A stretch of DNA of 64,000 bases. It comes from Marsupella aquatica. Lineage: Eukaryota > Plantae > Marchantiophyta. The stretch lies in contig OZ316894.1 of the NCBI GenBank assembly GCA_973895155.1, positions 6,348,234 through 6,412,233 on the forward strand, written 5' to 3'. The notes beneath the pieces are model-generated. The model did not search any database. It was not told the DNA's origin and saw only the letters and a list, made by a program, of their open reading frames with translations. The translations under genes and the position numbers were made by a program. Below, in pieces: positions 38,080-48,852 of the stretch; position 1 is the stretch's first letter; every line of letters begins with the position of its first letter.

Positions 38080-41000
38080 TGTCACGTCGTAGGCTTCGGC
38101 TTTAACTCAGACTTCAGCTTAGACGGGCACATCCCTCGTAAATCTGAGGGTTCGGGCAGGAAGGGAAGCACGTAATGCACCTTATTCTAGTAAACTAGCG
38201 CTAAGTGCGCATACTGCTAAATACGGACACCTCCTAGGTATGGTTTGTGTTCCGCCGCCGGAACGTACCTTAGTCGATAGCAGGATCGACCCCGGCTTAA
38301 GGGCTTCTAAGCCTTCGTGCTGTCCGCCTTCGATCCGGATTCGATGATACAGGTCCTCAACCCGTGCTCGCAACCACTTACCCGCAGGCTGCACCCTGTG
38401 CACGTCTCGGGTAGTGCGTTCGGCCCGGCGCTGCCACCCATATACGAGAAACCCACACACATATGCGCACACATGCATACAATCTCGATTTACACGAAGG
38501 AAAAATGATGGGAAAGGATTTTTACTACAAAGGGAACATATGCGTACACTTAGTTGACACGACAGCCCTGGAATGCACAGGTTCAAGGCCAAGGGTGCAC
38601 ACTACAACGGAGCCCGGCTCCGCACTCGCCCGGCAAGCTCAGTCCTACCCCCTCCCCTTGGTACTCTGTCATTCCCAGAGGTCGGGACTCCCCGCATGTC
38701 CCGCGGATGTCCGACTCTGAAACTAAAAACCCCCCTGCCTCTACCGAGGGGTGCACTAAATACTAAGAGCCGAGGAACGGGGTGTCCTCCCGCCGAAGAT
38801 TCGCTGACCAAGGTCCTAACTAAGCTGACAGTCAGGCCGGAAAACGGCTGTGTCTTATTAGAAGATCCTAATCTACGCAGGCTGGACAGCAGGGCAGCGT
38901 TGCCGTACCTAAGGCAGGTGCCTGCCCCAAGAGCCTGACCAAGCCAATCCTAATCCTAATCTATTCCTACTCCGCCGCTAATGCCTGGCACGCTTGCCAG
39001 AGCCGCCCGAATGGGAACGGCCATCCCGCTGCCTTCGAAGCCTGTCATTGTCCGCTTTGAGGAGCTGGACCTGGTCCAGCAGAGATTCGTTCTCTCGCCT
39101 CACCGCGTCCGTCTCCTCCGCTGCCTCCTGACATGCCTCCTCCAGCTGCTGGGCGTCGCTCGCCAGTTTACTCGCCAGCTGGTCCTGCTTCTCGGCCTCG
39201 GTTTGGAGCCGCGCCATCTCGGCCTGCAGTGTGGCTATCTCCGTCGCGTCCCGCTGGGCTCGCTCCTCGGCCTCCTCCAGGTCTTTCTGCCAGGTGACAG
39301 CTTGTTTCTTCAAACTGTCAATCTGGTTCCGGAGGCGTGTAATCTCGGCCTCGTTCCCAGCTTTGGCCTGTTCGGCTAGGGCGGTAAGAGCGTACGCCTT
39401 TGCTAACAACTCATCGGCGGCTGCAACCTTGGGTCGTAGTTGCAGAAGCTCAGCCTCTTGAGCCGCCACTTCGTTCTTTAGGTACACAGACTCCACCCGG
39501 TACCGCTCTATCCTCTGAAGGGCCTCCGACTGGGCCCGCCCTGCCTTTACGACGGCAACCAACTCCTGATTGAAGAAACAGGCTACCTTCCGAGCCATGA
39601 ACTCCCCGGTATCCCGGGCAATTTGATGAGAGAAATCCCCCAGAAGCCCGTTCAGAAACGTACCCTGTACGAAGAGTTCCGGGTGGTCCAAGTTGTGCCT
39701 GTCCGGATTTGGGCACGGGCAGACATCAACACGCGCAGGGGCCGGGGCAGTGACGTCCAGCCCTGGGGACATAACGTTGGAAGGGGCCGGAGTATCCTCC
39801 TGCAGCGATGTCCGGTTCTCCGGAATTGCCACCGGCGGGTCCTTGGGAGACCCGGGTTCGGGTAAGACCTCTGCCGTACCAACTTCTGTACTTAGCCCGG
39901 CTAGTTGGGTCGCATCAACGGTTGCGACGACCGACCCCTCCGGCGCCTCCTCGGTTACGATTACAGCTATTTGTGGAGGTGGGGTGGGTGAAGCTGGCGT
40001 GTCCACTGGACTTCGGGCCTCGGGTTGGGGCCGTCTCTCCAATGCCGGAAAAACCCACCTAGCTGGGACCAGCTTTGTAACGTTGATGCGGGGAAGGGTT
40101 CGTCGATCAAACCGGGCATACCACTCAAGAATGATTTCGATGTGGCTAGCGAAATACGCCTTCCCGCCAATGTACAGCGTCTTCCTTCGCCGCTCCATCT
40201 CTTCATGGAATTTCTTAGCGAAGTACGACGCCCACTTCCTAGGTCGATAGTTCTCGACCTGGATGACCTGGGCGGCGGAGATCTTCCCCCGGGGTTCCAT
40301 CAAGTGGAGAGCGTACCTCTGGAACTCCAGCCGCTCAGCTATCTCGGGCATGAGGCAGGTCCTCATCACGAACCCGTTGTCTACTGATCCCTCTGAGGGA
40401 AAACTTGAAGATTGGTACTTGGCCCCCTTGCCCCCGGGAGCCCATGATTCGACTCGATGGTCACCTTTGGGTAACCCGAAGATCATCTTGAGCCGTTCTT
40501 CTGTGAGGGACATATTCCTTCCCCGCAGCCGAGTCTGTTGACGTACGTCGTCATAATTCTTGATGAATTCTGTCATGTCCTCCCCGTAGTACCTGCAAGT
40601 GTTCCAGGGGAGAGAGGCGAGGTGCTCAAATCCCTGAGTCTTCAGGTACACCGCATGCTTGGGATGGAGGATGTTGCTGTGAACGTTTTCCCCCATGCGA
40701 TGCATCGTTACCTTGGCTACGGCTACCGTGGCCAACGGTAACCCGGATGCACTGGCGGATTCCTTTCTCTTCTTTCCCCGTGACTGACTCGGGGAAGGTG
40801 ATACTTCCCCATCCTCCCGATCGGGCCTGGGGAGTGCCACTGCGGTTGGTAACGGGCCCGGGGCGGCCACGGTCACCATGTTGTCTGCTGGGGCCGCTCC
40901 TGGGGTCAGAGCAGGGGGTGGGGACGGTATAGTGTCGGCCCCCCGAGCGCTTGTTCCTCTGGGCCGCCTGGTCAAGGGTGGGGTAGCCTCGTCGTCATCG

Positions 41001-42086
41001 CTAAGATCTACAGCGTTGATGACGGAGCGTACCTGTGCTGGCTGGGTGATAGGTGGTGGGGTTTGGCTAGGCTGCGGCTGAGGCTGAAGCTGAAGCTGAG
41101 GTTGCATGGGCACGGGTACAGGTACGGGTACGGGTACGGGTGAGTTGGTCATGTTGGTTGATGGCCGAGTTCCCATGAAGCTCTGTAGGTGCTGGTAGAA
41201 GTTCTCCGAAGCGAGTGCGGACGCCCTTGTCGAACGGTTGGTACTGGACTCGCCGTTAATGACTGCCCGATCCTGGGCAGGGATGTGGTCGAAGTGATGT
41301 CGCTGCAGGTCGATTGTACCCGGGATATTGAAGACCTCGTCCGGAAGCCGAAGCAATGCTTCCCAGAACCCGATATATTTGTCTCCGTCAAAGAAGTACC
41401 CAGATACCTCAGCTGGTCGGTAAAGCTCGCTCTGAGACGGGTAGTCAAAGTTAAGGACGTAGTGGTGTCGTCCTGCTAGGCGGATGGCTCTCTCGTATTC
41501 GCGTTTGATCTCGTATCGGCGCGGGTTGGCGTGTTTCAATGAATCGGCCAAGTGCCTTCCGGTAGATAGGAACTGCGTCCAGAATCGAATGGCCGAGCTG
41601 GAGAGGATCGTGTGCGACATTCAGAGGAGATAGTAGTGGCGACCTAGAGAGAACGAGAGAGCTGGGGTCGAAGCTGGCGCGCGGACTGATGGACTGGTGC
41701 ACTACAAAGGGTTGGCTCCCCTTTTATACTTTGAGGGCTTGTCGATCCCCGACGTCTCCTCGACGCCCATAGGTTGAACCGCTCACGCTTGTGGTGTACC
41801 GGCCACTCCGCCGGTCTGAGTCAGCGTGCGTCAGTGGCCGCTTCCTTAAGTTCGTTATACGGACCCGAGGGAGGGGCCCCTCCATGCTCATAACCCGGGT
41901 GTGCGAATAGCGACCCGCCGCCAGCCCGAACCTGAAGTCCCCCTTATTGCCTAATGATGTCCTACCCCTAATGATTACCTAAATATTGTCGTTATGCTAA
42001 TAATAGCGGCCTAAGACCCACCTAACGCGCGTGCCGAGCGCAGTTAGACTGAATCACTCATTAACCGCCGTACCGGCGGTGTCACA
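38080..42086 (-). repeat. 5' LTR (4007 bp)
   Basis: Copy of 27981-31989, followed on the minus strand by the PBS and gag. Confidence 0.97.
38978..41620 (-). CDS. LTR-encoded 880-aa protein (5' LTR copy)
   Basis: Intact ORF differing from the 3' copy at six residues; TATAAAA at 41722-41728. Confidence 0.85.
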   Translation of the reverse strand: MSHTILSSSAIRFWTQFLSTGRHLADSLKHANPRRYEIKREYERAIRLAGRHHYVLNFDYPSQSELYRPAEVSGYFFDGDKYIGFWEALLRLPDEVFNIPGTIDLQRHHFDHIPAQDRAVINGESSTNRSTRASALASENFYQHLQSFMGTRPSTNMTNSPVPVPVPVPVPMQPQLQLQPQPQPSQTPPPITQPAQVRSVINAVDLSDDDEATPPLTRRPRGTSARGADTIPSPPPALTPGAAPADNMVTVAAPGPLPTAVALPRPDREDGEVSPSPSQSRGKKRKESASASGLPLATVAVAKVTMHRMGENVHSNILHPKHAVYLKTQGFEHLASLPWNTCRYYGEDMTEFIKNYDDVRQQTRLRGRNMSLTEERLKMIFGLPKGDHRVESWAPGGKGAKYQSSSFPSEGSVDNGFVMRTCLMPEIAERLEFQRYALHLMEPRGKISAAQVIQVENYRPRKWASYFAKKFHEEMERRRKTLYIGGKAYFASHIEIILEWYARFDRRTLPRINVTKLVPARWVFPALERRPQPEARSPVDTPASPTPPPQIAVIVTEEAPEGSVVATVDATQLAGLSTEVGTAEVLPEPGSPKDPPVAIPENRTSLQEDTPAPSNVMSPGLDVTAPAPARVDVCPCPNPDRHNLDHPELFVQGTFLNGLLGDFSHQIARDTGEFMARKVACFFNQELVAVVKAGRAQSEALQRIERYRVESVYLKNEVAAQEAELLQLRPKVAAADELLAKAYALTALAEQAKAGNEAEITRLRNQIDSLKKQAVTWQKDLEEAEERAQRDATEIATLQAEMARLQTEAEKQDQLASKLASDAQQLEEACQEAAEETDAVRRENESLLDQVQLLKADNDRLRRQRDGRSHSGGSGKRARH

Positions 42087-44142
42087 GTGATTCCTTCTGT
42101 CTGCAAGGGATAGACTGATTTTCTTGTTTAAGAACCTGTCATCAATGAATGAGCCATTGCAAAAACGTTCCTTCACCTGCTCACGAACTCTAAACTTCTC
42201 TTCTTCCTTTTTCTTCCCCCAGTAATCTAACACTCCAAAATGGGATCTAAGTACTTGCCCAAGCTGACTCCTAAAAAGATTATAGCTCTTGGCCCTCGGA
42301 GCTCCTCCCTCATTCAAATAAATTTTTCGCCTCTTGCTTCTCTCCTCTGCTCGCAGCTTCTCCTCCTCGACTCTTTTCCTATCTGCAGCCCGTGCCTCTC
42401 TACGTAAGGCCTTCTCTCTCTCTCGTGGTGAGAGGGCCTCCACAGGTACAGTCTCCTTCTCCTCCCTTCTCTTCCTCTTCTTCTCTTTCTCCCTAGTATG
42501 CTGCCTCTCCTCAAATGTTTTCTGAGCTTCAGCAAGAACAGTGCTCCTAGAAGAGTCTAGCAATCCTTGTGTCAATGCAGCCACCTTTTGCGCATGCTCT
42601 ATGGAGAGCCCTACCTGCTTATGGAAAATTGCAGCCATGATCTCCCCAAAGTCTTTTGATGGCCCTACTCCATCCCCAGTAGCTCCTCCAGCCCCACCTT
42701 GTCCGGCTCCTGACCCTCCATCTCCACCATCTCCTTGCCCTCCAGTTGTTCCTCCAAATTCTATTCCTGTCCCTCCTCCTGCCCCTCCCCCAGCCCCTCC
42801 ATCGCTCCCCTCCATAGCCATTTGCTCTTCGTTGCCGTGCGCCATGCGCTTGTTTTTCACAAAGACATGAACTCCCGACTGTTTTTCGATGCAAAGCCCG
42901 ACTCAAGTGCGTTCGCACTTAGGTCGGGTGCCCTAAAAATGCTTCCGACTACTCATCCGATTCTATTTACATCAGAAATTCCCATTAAAAATGTATCGGA
43001 GATTGTATCGGATGAACATCGGACCCCTCCTGCAAAGCACTAACCTAAGGCTCTTCCGATATAGAGAACATGGTACTAAATGAAGTTGGTCTTTCTTTGG
43101 ATGACACTACGTTGGTTCTATGTGTTGGCCAGGGGTTCTACGGATAGGGCGGACCATCGGAGCCGTGGTATCCCTAGTCACATGCATGATTTTGGAGGTG
43201 GTTGGTATGTATAAGGGTTGCGGGTTATTGTTAAAGGTTACTCCAAATTTTTAGGGTGGCATTTAATTTGGAGTGCCAAATACAATTTGACCTAACTAAC
43301 CTTATGCATCTTGCATTCGGAATTTTGCAGTTCCTTTTTGCGGAGGGTTAGGTTATTGCGATTATTTTGGGTCCCTTTTTGCAATGCATCATGCACAGTG
43401 AGAGCCCGCACATCTGAAAGGTATTACCACCTCTACAATGTGAGCTATATTTACTATGAAGCATTACCTATAATTACTATGAATTATTGATATTGGTCAC
43501 TACAACACTACCGACCCCTTTTGCAAACCCCGTCCCATCGCAACTGACAAAGGACCAAATTATGAAATTTTGGCGTTTGCAAAACGCTACACATCGCAAC
43601 CCTTTTGCATTCTTTGAAACCCACAGCTTCGCAATCGGACTTTCGCAACCCCTTCGCAACACCTTCGCACACTGCGAAACTTATTTTATCGCACATAAAT
43701 CACATTTATGCGATCTCGACAGACTCTTTATCGGTTTGCGACGCGCTCTGAACTATAACTTATTTGCGAAGCTGTTGTCTTGACAATTCCGTTGCCATTC
43801 ATATGGTATCGCATAACTGCGTCAGTCAGGGTGTCGCACAATTGCGGAACCAAAAGTATCGCAATGTTCCAATACTCAATGTATGGCAAGTTTGCGATAG
43901 TATGGCGTTCGCATGTGTTTCACAAGGATAGTTTGAGGGTTGGGTTTTGTATATTTGGGTTCATAATTGGGTTGGGGTCTTATTGCTCCACATGAAGATA
44001 CCAAAGCAAAACTTTATATATGCCAAAAATCCCTGAATGTACAAAAATTAGGGTTTTCTAAAACCCTATGGGGTATCAAATACCAAGACACTGTCCTTTG
44101 ACTAATCCATATGCCATATGGAGTGAACTATATCTGCATCCT

Positions 44143-46202
44143 CTAGAATGGAGCCCGCCTACTCCTCTTTGCTGGCCTCTTCCCCTTGTCCTTCTTGCTT
44201 TGGGCGGGACGAGCTAGACGGGAGGGGGGTGGTGGTGGTGGTGGCGGTGGTGGTGGTGCCTGCTGCTCCTCCCCATTTGGCTCATCCTCATCATCGTCAT
44301 CATCCTCATCATCATCCTCCTGGTCTCCTGGTGTGCTAGGTGTGGCAGCACTCCCTGCCCCTCTGGACCCACTCGTGGTGGCCCCGGTAGTGTCCACATC
44401 ATCAGCGCCGCTATCCTCCTCACTGCTATCCTCACTCCCCTCCTGATCCTCCTTATCGTGCTTCCATGTCACAAGGTTAATTTGGGTTTAGGGTTAATAG
44501 GAAAAATGTATAAACCTTATAAATGGAATGGGTGCGGGTTTAGAAAGGGTACTACAAATCACTCACACTAGCCAACTCTGCATCAACCAACTCAAAGAGA
44601 TGTCTGGCCCCATGCTCTGCCCCTATCTCCATCTCCTTTGTTGTTATCTTGCGGCGGTACCTCTTATACTACCTCAAAAAAATGAAACACCAAAACATAA
44701 GGGGCCCGGGTTAGTAACTAAGGGTACTTAAGCAAAAAAGGAATCCTAAAAAGGGTAAAAAGGGTACCCTAACCAGAAAAAAACCCCATTACCCTAACAA
44801 ACATTTGTCACTCGACACTAAACGTTTTTCAAAATGAAACAAGCTTTGCGAAACTCCCACCTTCGCAAATTCAAATATATTTAAGTTTGCGAAATAGACT
44901 GCGAATCGGATTGCTTCGCAATGGCTTCGCAAACCTTACGGGACAAAGGTTATAATAGAGTTTGTGAAACAATTGCGAGGCAACCCGCTTCGCAATTGTT
45001 TCGCAAACTGTGCTTTTAAAAAAATCCGAGAAATGGCTAAGGCACGCAATGCGTCAGGGTGACCTAAAACGAAAGGGGAGGCCATAAGGGGTAAAGCAGA
45101 GGTCTGCGAGGGGCATTGCAGGCAAGCAAACAACAATTGAAGGTGAAGGAAAAGAAGCAGGGGAGGAGGGGAGAGGACTCACGAAGGTTGCTTTCAGGCC
45201 GGGAAGTCCACCTTGCCCCATCTTGTGTGTGGTCTTGGGGCGTTTGCTGACTTGGTCTGCTGCAAGGATGAACTTCTGGGGTGGTGTCCCCACTTCATCC
45301 ACGATGTGCTGCAGCTGAGAGACCTTCTCAGCCAATGCCTTGAGGTCTTTGTCTGACTTCCCGGCCTGAAGTGCCTTGGCCTCCTTCTCCTTCCAGAATT
45401 GGAGGTCCTTGGCTGCTTTCAGCTGCACCTCGACCTTATAGAATGCGTTCCACACATCCTCTGTGAATTGCACTGGCCTCCTCACGTTCCTGTACTCCTG
45501 CAAGCTTGCCAGGTAGGCCCTCACCTTCCTCCTATCATGGTATCGTGCTTGAGACATTGAATTCAAAATTCTATCTGCAAGCCACTGGTCATCAATCTCT
45601 GCTCCATTTCTGAATGAATCTTTGACTTGAGTCATTACTTTCCTCTGCTCTGCTCTGCTTAGTTTCCCCCACTCAACACCTCGTGCAAAGCTAGTCCTCA
45701 TAGCAAGCCTGATAGTGCTCTTTGCCCCAGTGTAGGCCAACTCAGTAGGAATGCCCTCAACCAAGGCAATCAATGGTAGCTTCTTCCTCTCTTCCTCCTT
45801 TTTCCGCTGCGCCTCACGTTGTGCTCGAATCTCATCTCGTTCCTCCCTTCTCCTCTTCTTTTCGAGGGCTGCAGGAGAGAGTACTCCTGCCTTAGCCCTC
45901 TCCTCCTTCTTTCATTTCTTCTCTCTGGCCTTCTCCTCAGCTGCAGCCTTTGCCTCTTTCTCCCTCTGAGCCTGCCCTGCTGCAACCCCGGTTTGCAAAG
46001 CTTGCCCTAGAATTGCACTCAAAGAAGCAATCCCAGCTGGTGTACTCAAATCCAAATGGCTCAGTTGTGTGGCATTGAGATGCTTGGCCATCAAATTCGT
46101 CCATTGATTACTCTCCTCATTCCTGTTCCCTCCATTGCCATTGTCACTCCCACTCCCACTTGCCCCTGCCCCATCCCCTCCACGCCCTCCACTAGAATCC
46201 AT
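44143..46202 (-). pseudogene. TnpA-like gene of CACTA-2, divergent from TnpD; three predicted exons
   Basis: 45912-46202 and 45054-45773 are in frame across one TGA; W..L/RP...EDVW...H.MG.GG motifs of Ptta/En/Spm-type ORF2; donor near 45183, a small exon at ~44568-44670 and an acidic/Pro-rich last exon. Confidence 0.65.
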
Positions 46203-47558
46203 AGCTATCCAACACCAAGTGCGCGCAAGCTCTCCTCCTACCCTCCCTCACTTCAAAAAATGTCGAATGGGCCTCGTAACCCGGCGGGAAGGTCCGAATG
46301 CCCAGACAAAACACATTTGCGATGCAGTCCGCATCGCAATTTGCGAATCAGCGCGCTTCGCAACTAGTATCTCAACTTTCCAAAACCAATGCGAAACCAC
46401 ACGCTTTGCAAAGCCTTCGCAAAGCTGTAGAGACGCGAAGAAACGCTCTCGGGTTGTGTTTTTTCGAAGCTGTTGCAAAACATTTTGCTTCGCAAATAAT
46501 GTGACCAAATTCTGAAGCAGGTTGCAAAGCAGGTCAGTTCTCAATATCGTGGCAATTCTTGGCGAATGTTTTTTTCACATTCTTTCCCTCCTCCTTTTGT
46601 TTAGGCCATGTAAGTTATACTATGCCCTTTTGTGTAATTAAGAAATTCCGCCGTTTCAAATCCCGGCGTTTGTTAGGGTTGGGTCTTGGATGAAGCTGGT
46701 TTTTTTAGGGGTTAAAAGCGAGATTACCAGTCAAACCTTCCGTTTTTTAAGCTATACATGGTGTGGGTGTAGGCTAATTTTGATAAGGGTTGGGTTTTGG
46801 TTTAAAATTAATAAGTGAGGAAAGGGTTTAGGATTAAAGTTGGGTTTGGGTTTAGGGTTTAAGTCTTTAATTTTGGGTTTAAGCAGGGTTTGCATTTATG
46901 GTTGTAGGCTTTTAGGGTTCAAGCAAGGGTTTAGGGTTTAAAACAAAAGAGAGAAAGGGGATTGGGAGTGAGGGTCTAGGTTTTTGTAATAGGTCAGAGG
47001 TTTGGGGGTGAGTGTTTGGAAAAGGCAAAGCAAGGTTAGATGAGATTAATGTTTTAGTTGTTTTACCATGGGTTTTATGGGTTTTATGGATCTTTTGGGT
47101 TTTAATGGTTTTTCCATGGGTTTTATGCTAACAAAGGAGGAGGAGCTATGACAACTTGCAGGGTGCGGCACTTTTGCATGAATTGATACTAGCTACTGCG
47201 TATGCATCGTGAGAGCCCAGGCATCTGGAGGTACGGACTAAAATAGATGGGTCTAGTTAGGCTTATTCATGTAATTAAAATTTTTGGTTCCCACTATCTA
47301 TAAAGAGGACATGTATGTAAGGTGTTCGCTTTGTGTACTTGCAGCTTTTCTCATACTTCCAGATTTGGTTCATTATTTTAGAGCCACAAGACCTATTGGC
47401 ACCGCTGAGCCTGGGTCTCAAAAAGGTATTTTTTAGTGTTCCTTTTGTGTTTGGTTTCATGTCATCATTACTTGAGAACTTACATTTGTCCAGCTTGATA
47501 TTGTGATGTTATTTGGTAATAACCCCTAACTTGCAAATTATACATCTTTGTAGGGGCA

Positions 47559-48709
47559 ATGTCTTCATCTTCTGAGATCTCCACCACAGATTCTTCCTCC
47601 TCCGATGAAGATATACCACCTCCTCCTCAACCTCACACGACTGCACCTCCTCCTCGTGGTCCACCCCGTCAGCTTTGCCAATGTGCCAAATGCATGGGTC
47701 AGGTTTCCCAAAAGTCCTATATATGCATCCAGCATATTGAGAGATATGGACGTTACGGACGTCATACAACAGGGGCTTCCTCATCCCATGTGGTAAGTGT
47801 TTACGCCTTAGTTTCTACCCTATTTCCACATCGCAATGGTGAAGGTTTTTAATTTCACACCTCTTGTTGTTTGTTTTGGTTTGGGTGGAATAGGTATCTA
47901 TTAGGCCTAGACCTGCGGCATCAGCACCTTATGTCCAATCACAAGGTGTTCTAGATGCTATAGGCAATGCATTCTCACAAGCCTTGGGTCTAGCAACAGC
48001 CCCCTCTAGTCCTAGGGCAGTTGGGGGTGAGCCTGTTGTCCCAAGAGGGAGAAAGCGTTCCAAGAGACGGCCCCGAGGGGATACTGATTTGTACAAGGCA
48101 GTGGTTACCGGTAGGTGGGGTGATTGTGAGTTTACTGGCAGATGTGTTCCTATCATCAAGGACTGGGATCCCCAGACTCTTGGTTTGCCACAAGAGCTTT
48201 CCTATGGTGAGGAGGTAGAGGTTTGGGGAAGACGTTGGGTTATCAAACCTTCCACACTTGGGGATAGACATGGCTATGGAGTTTTTGCTTGTGAAGACAT
48301 CATTGTGGATACCGAGAGTGGTAGTGGTGGACGCAGTCGAGAAGGACCTACGTTGTTTCCTTATGGTGGACCCATCTACAAGAGAAGACATTGGAACATG
48401 ATCCTTGCACAACATCCTCAGTGGAAGACTTATGCCTTGGAGTTAGATACTTTTGATGGAAACACTAGGAGGTATAGTGAGCAGCGGGTGATAGATGGGG
48501 ACCCCATACGAACTGGGAATATAGCTGGTTTCATAAACAATACTGTGGGGACTCACTCCAAGCGTAGGCAAAATTGTGAGTGGGTTTTCATTGAGGGTCC
48601 TCCACCAGCCCCTTATGGCCAGACATATCATCATGACCATTGTCTGGTTGTAGCTACTAGGACCATTCACTCAGGTGATGAGTTGTTTACTCACTATGTG
48701 TGGGATTAG
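47559..48709 (+). CDS. Zn-finger plus SET-domain protein (exons 47559-47792 and 47894-48709)
   Basis: Exon 1: CQCAKC...CIQHIERYG. Exon 2: IKPSTLG...GYGVFACEDI, FPYGG, YAL, IDGD...GNIAGFINN, N.EW, VVATRTIHSGDELFTHY, i.e. SET motifs. A phase-0 GT-AG intron restores one open frame. Confidence 0.85.
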
Positions 48710-48852
48710 AAAATGACCATACACATGGCGTTTGGCCACATTTTGTATTTACACCAGTACCGATATTATTTCATGTTTGCACACCCCCATATATTCTTCT
48801 ACATGTTGTAACTATTTGCTTTGTAACTTTCAATTGTTTGCATTGTTTTTAG

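Larger units (their letters stand above)
27981..42086 (-). mobile_element. Full-length Ty3/gypsy LTR retrotransposon (non-chromovirus, Athila/Phygy/Selgy-like), 14.1 kb
   Basis: Two ~4-kb LTRs with TG..CA ends; 5-bp TSD GTGAT at 27976-27980 and 42087-42091; order gag-PR-RT-RH-INT; tRNA-type PBS; no chromodomain or additional RNase H recognised. Confidence 0.97.
26683..42860 (-). pseudogene. TnpA-like gene of CACTA-3, split by the gypsy insertion (pieces 42087-42860, ~27602-27975, ~27021-27135, 26683-26930)
   Basis: CPNDIPVEVWPAW...THRMGQGGSLRLKAEF is homologous to RPVQFTEDVWNAF...THKMGQGGLPGLKATF of CACTA-2, with the same exon pattern ending in an acidic exon. Confidence 0.7.

Noticed and set aside
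27981-42086. 4-kb duplicate as a segmental duplication or assembly artefact
   Set aside because: TG..CA ends, a 5-bp TSD, PBS/PPT positions and scattered differences show these are LTRs.
42054-42860. 268-aa ORF as a complete gene sharing a C-terminus with pol
   Set aside because: The shared tail CDTAGTAVNE is read-through into LTR sequence; the real gene continues at 27975.
46820-46990. Interstitial telomere
   Set aside because: The motifs are scattered and degenerate rather than a tandem TTTAGGG array.
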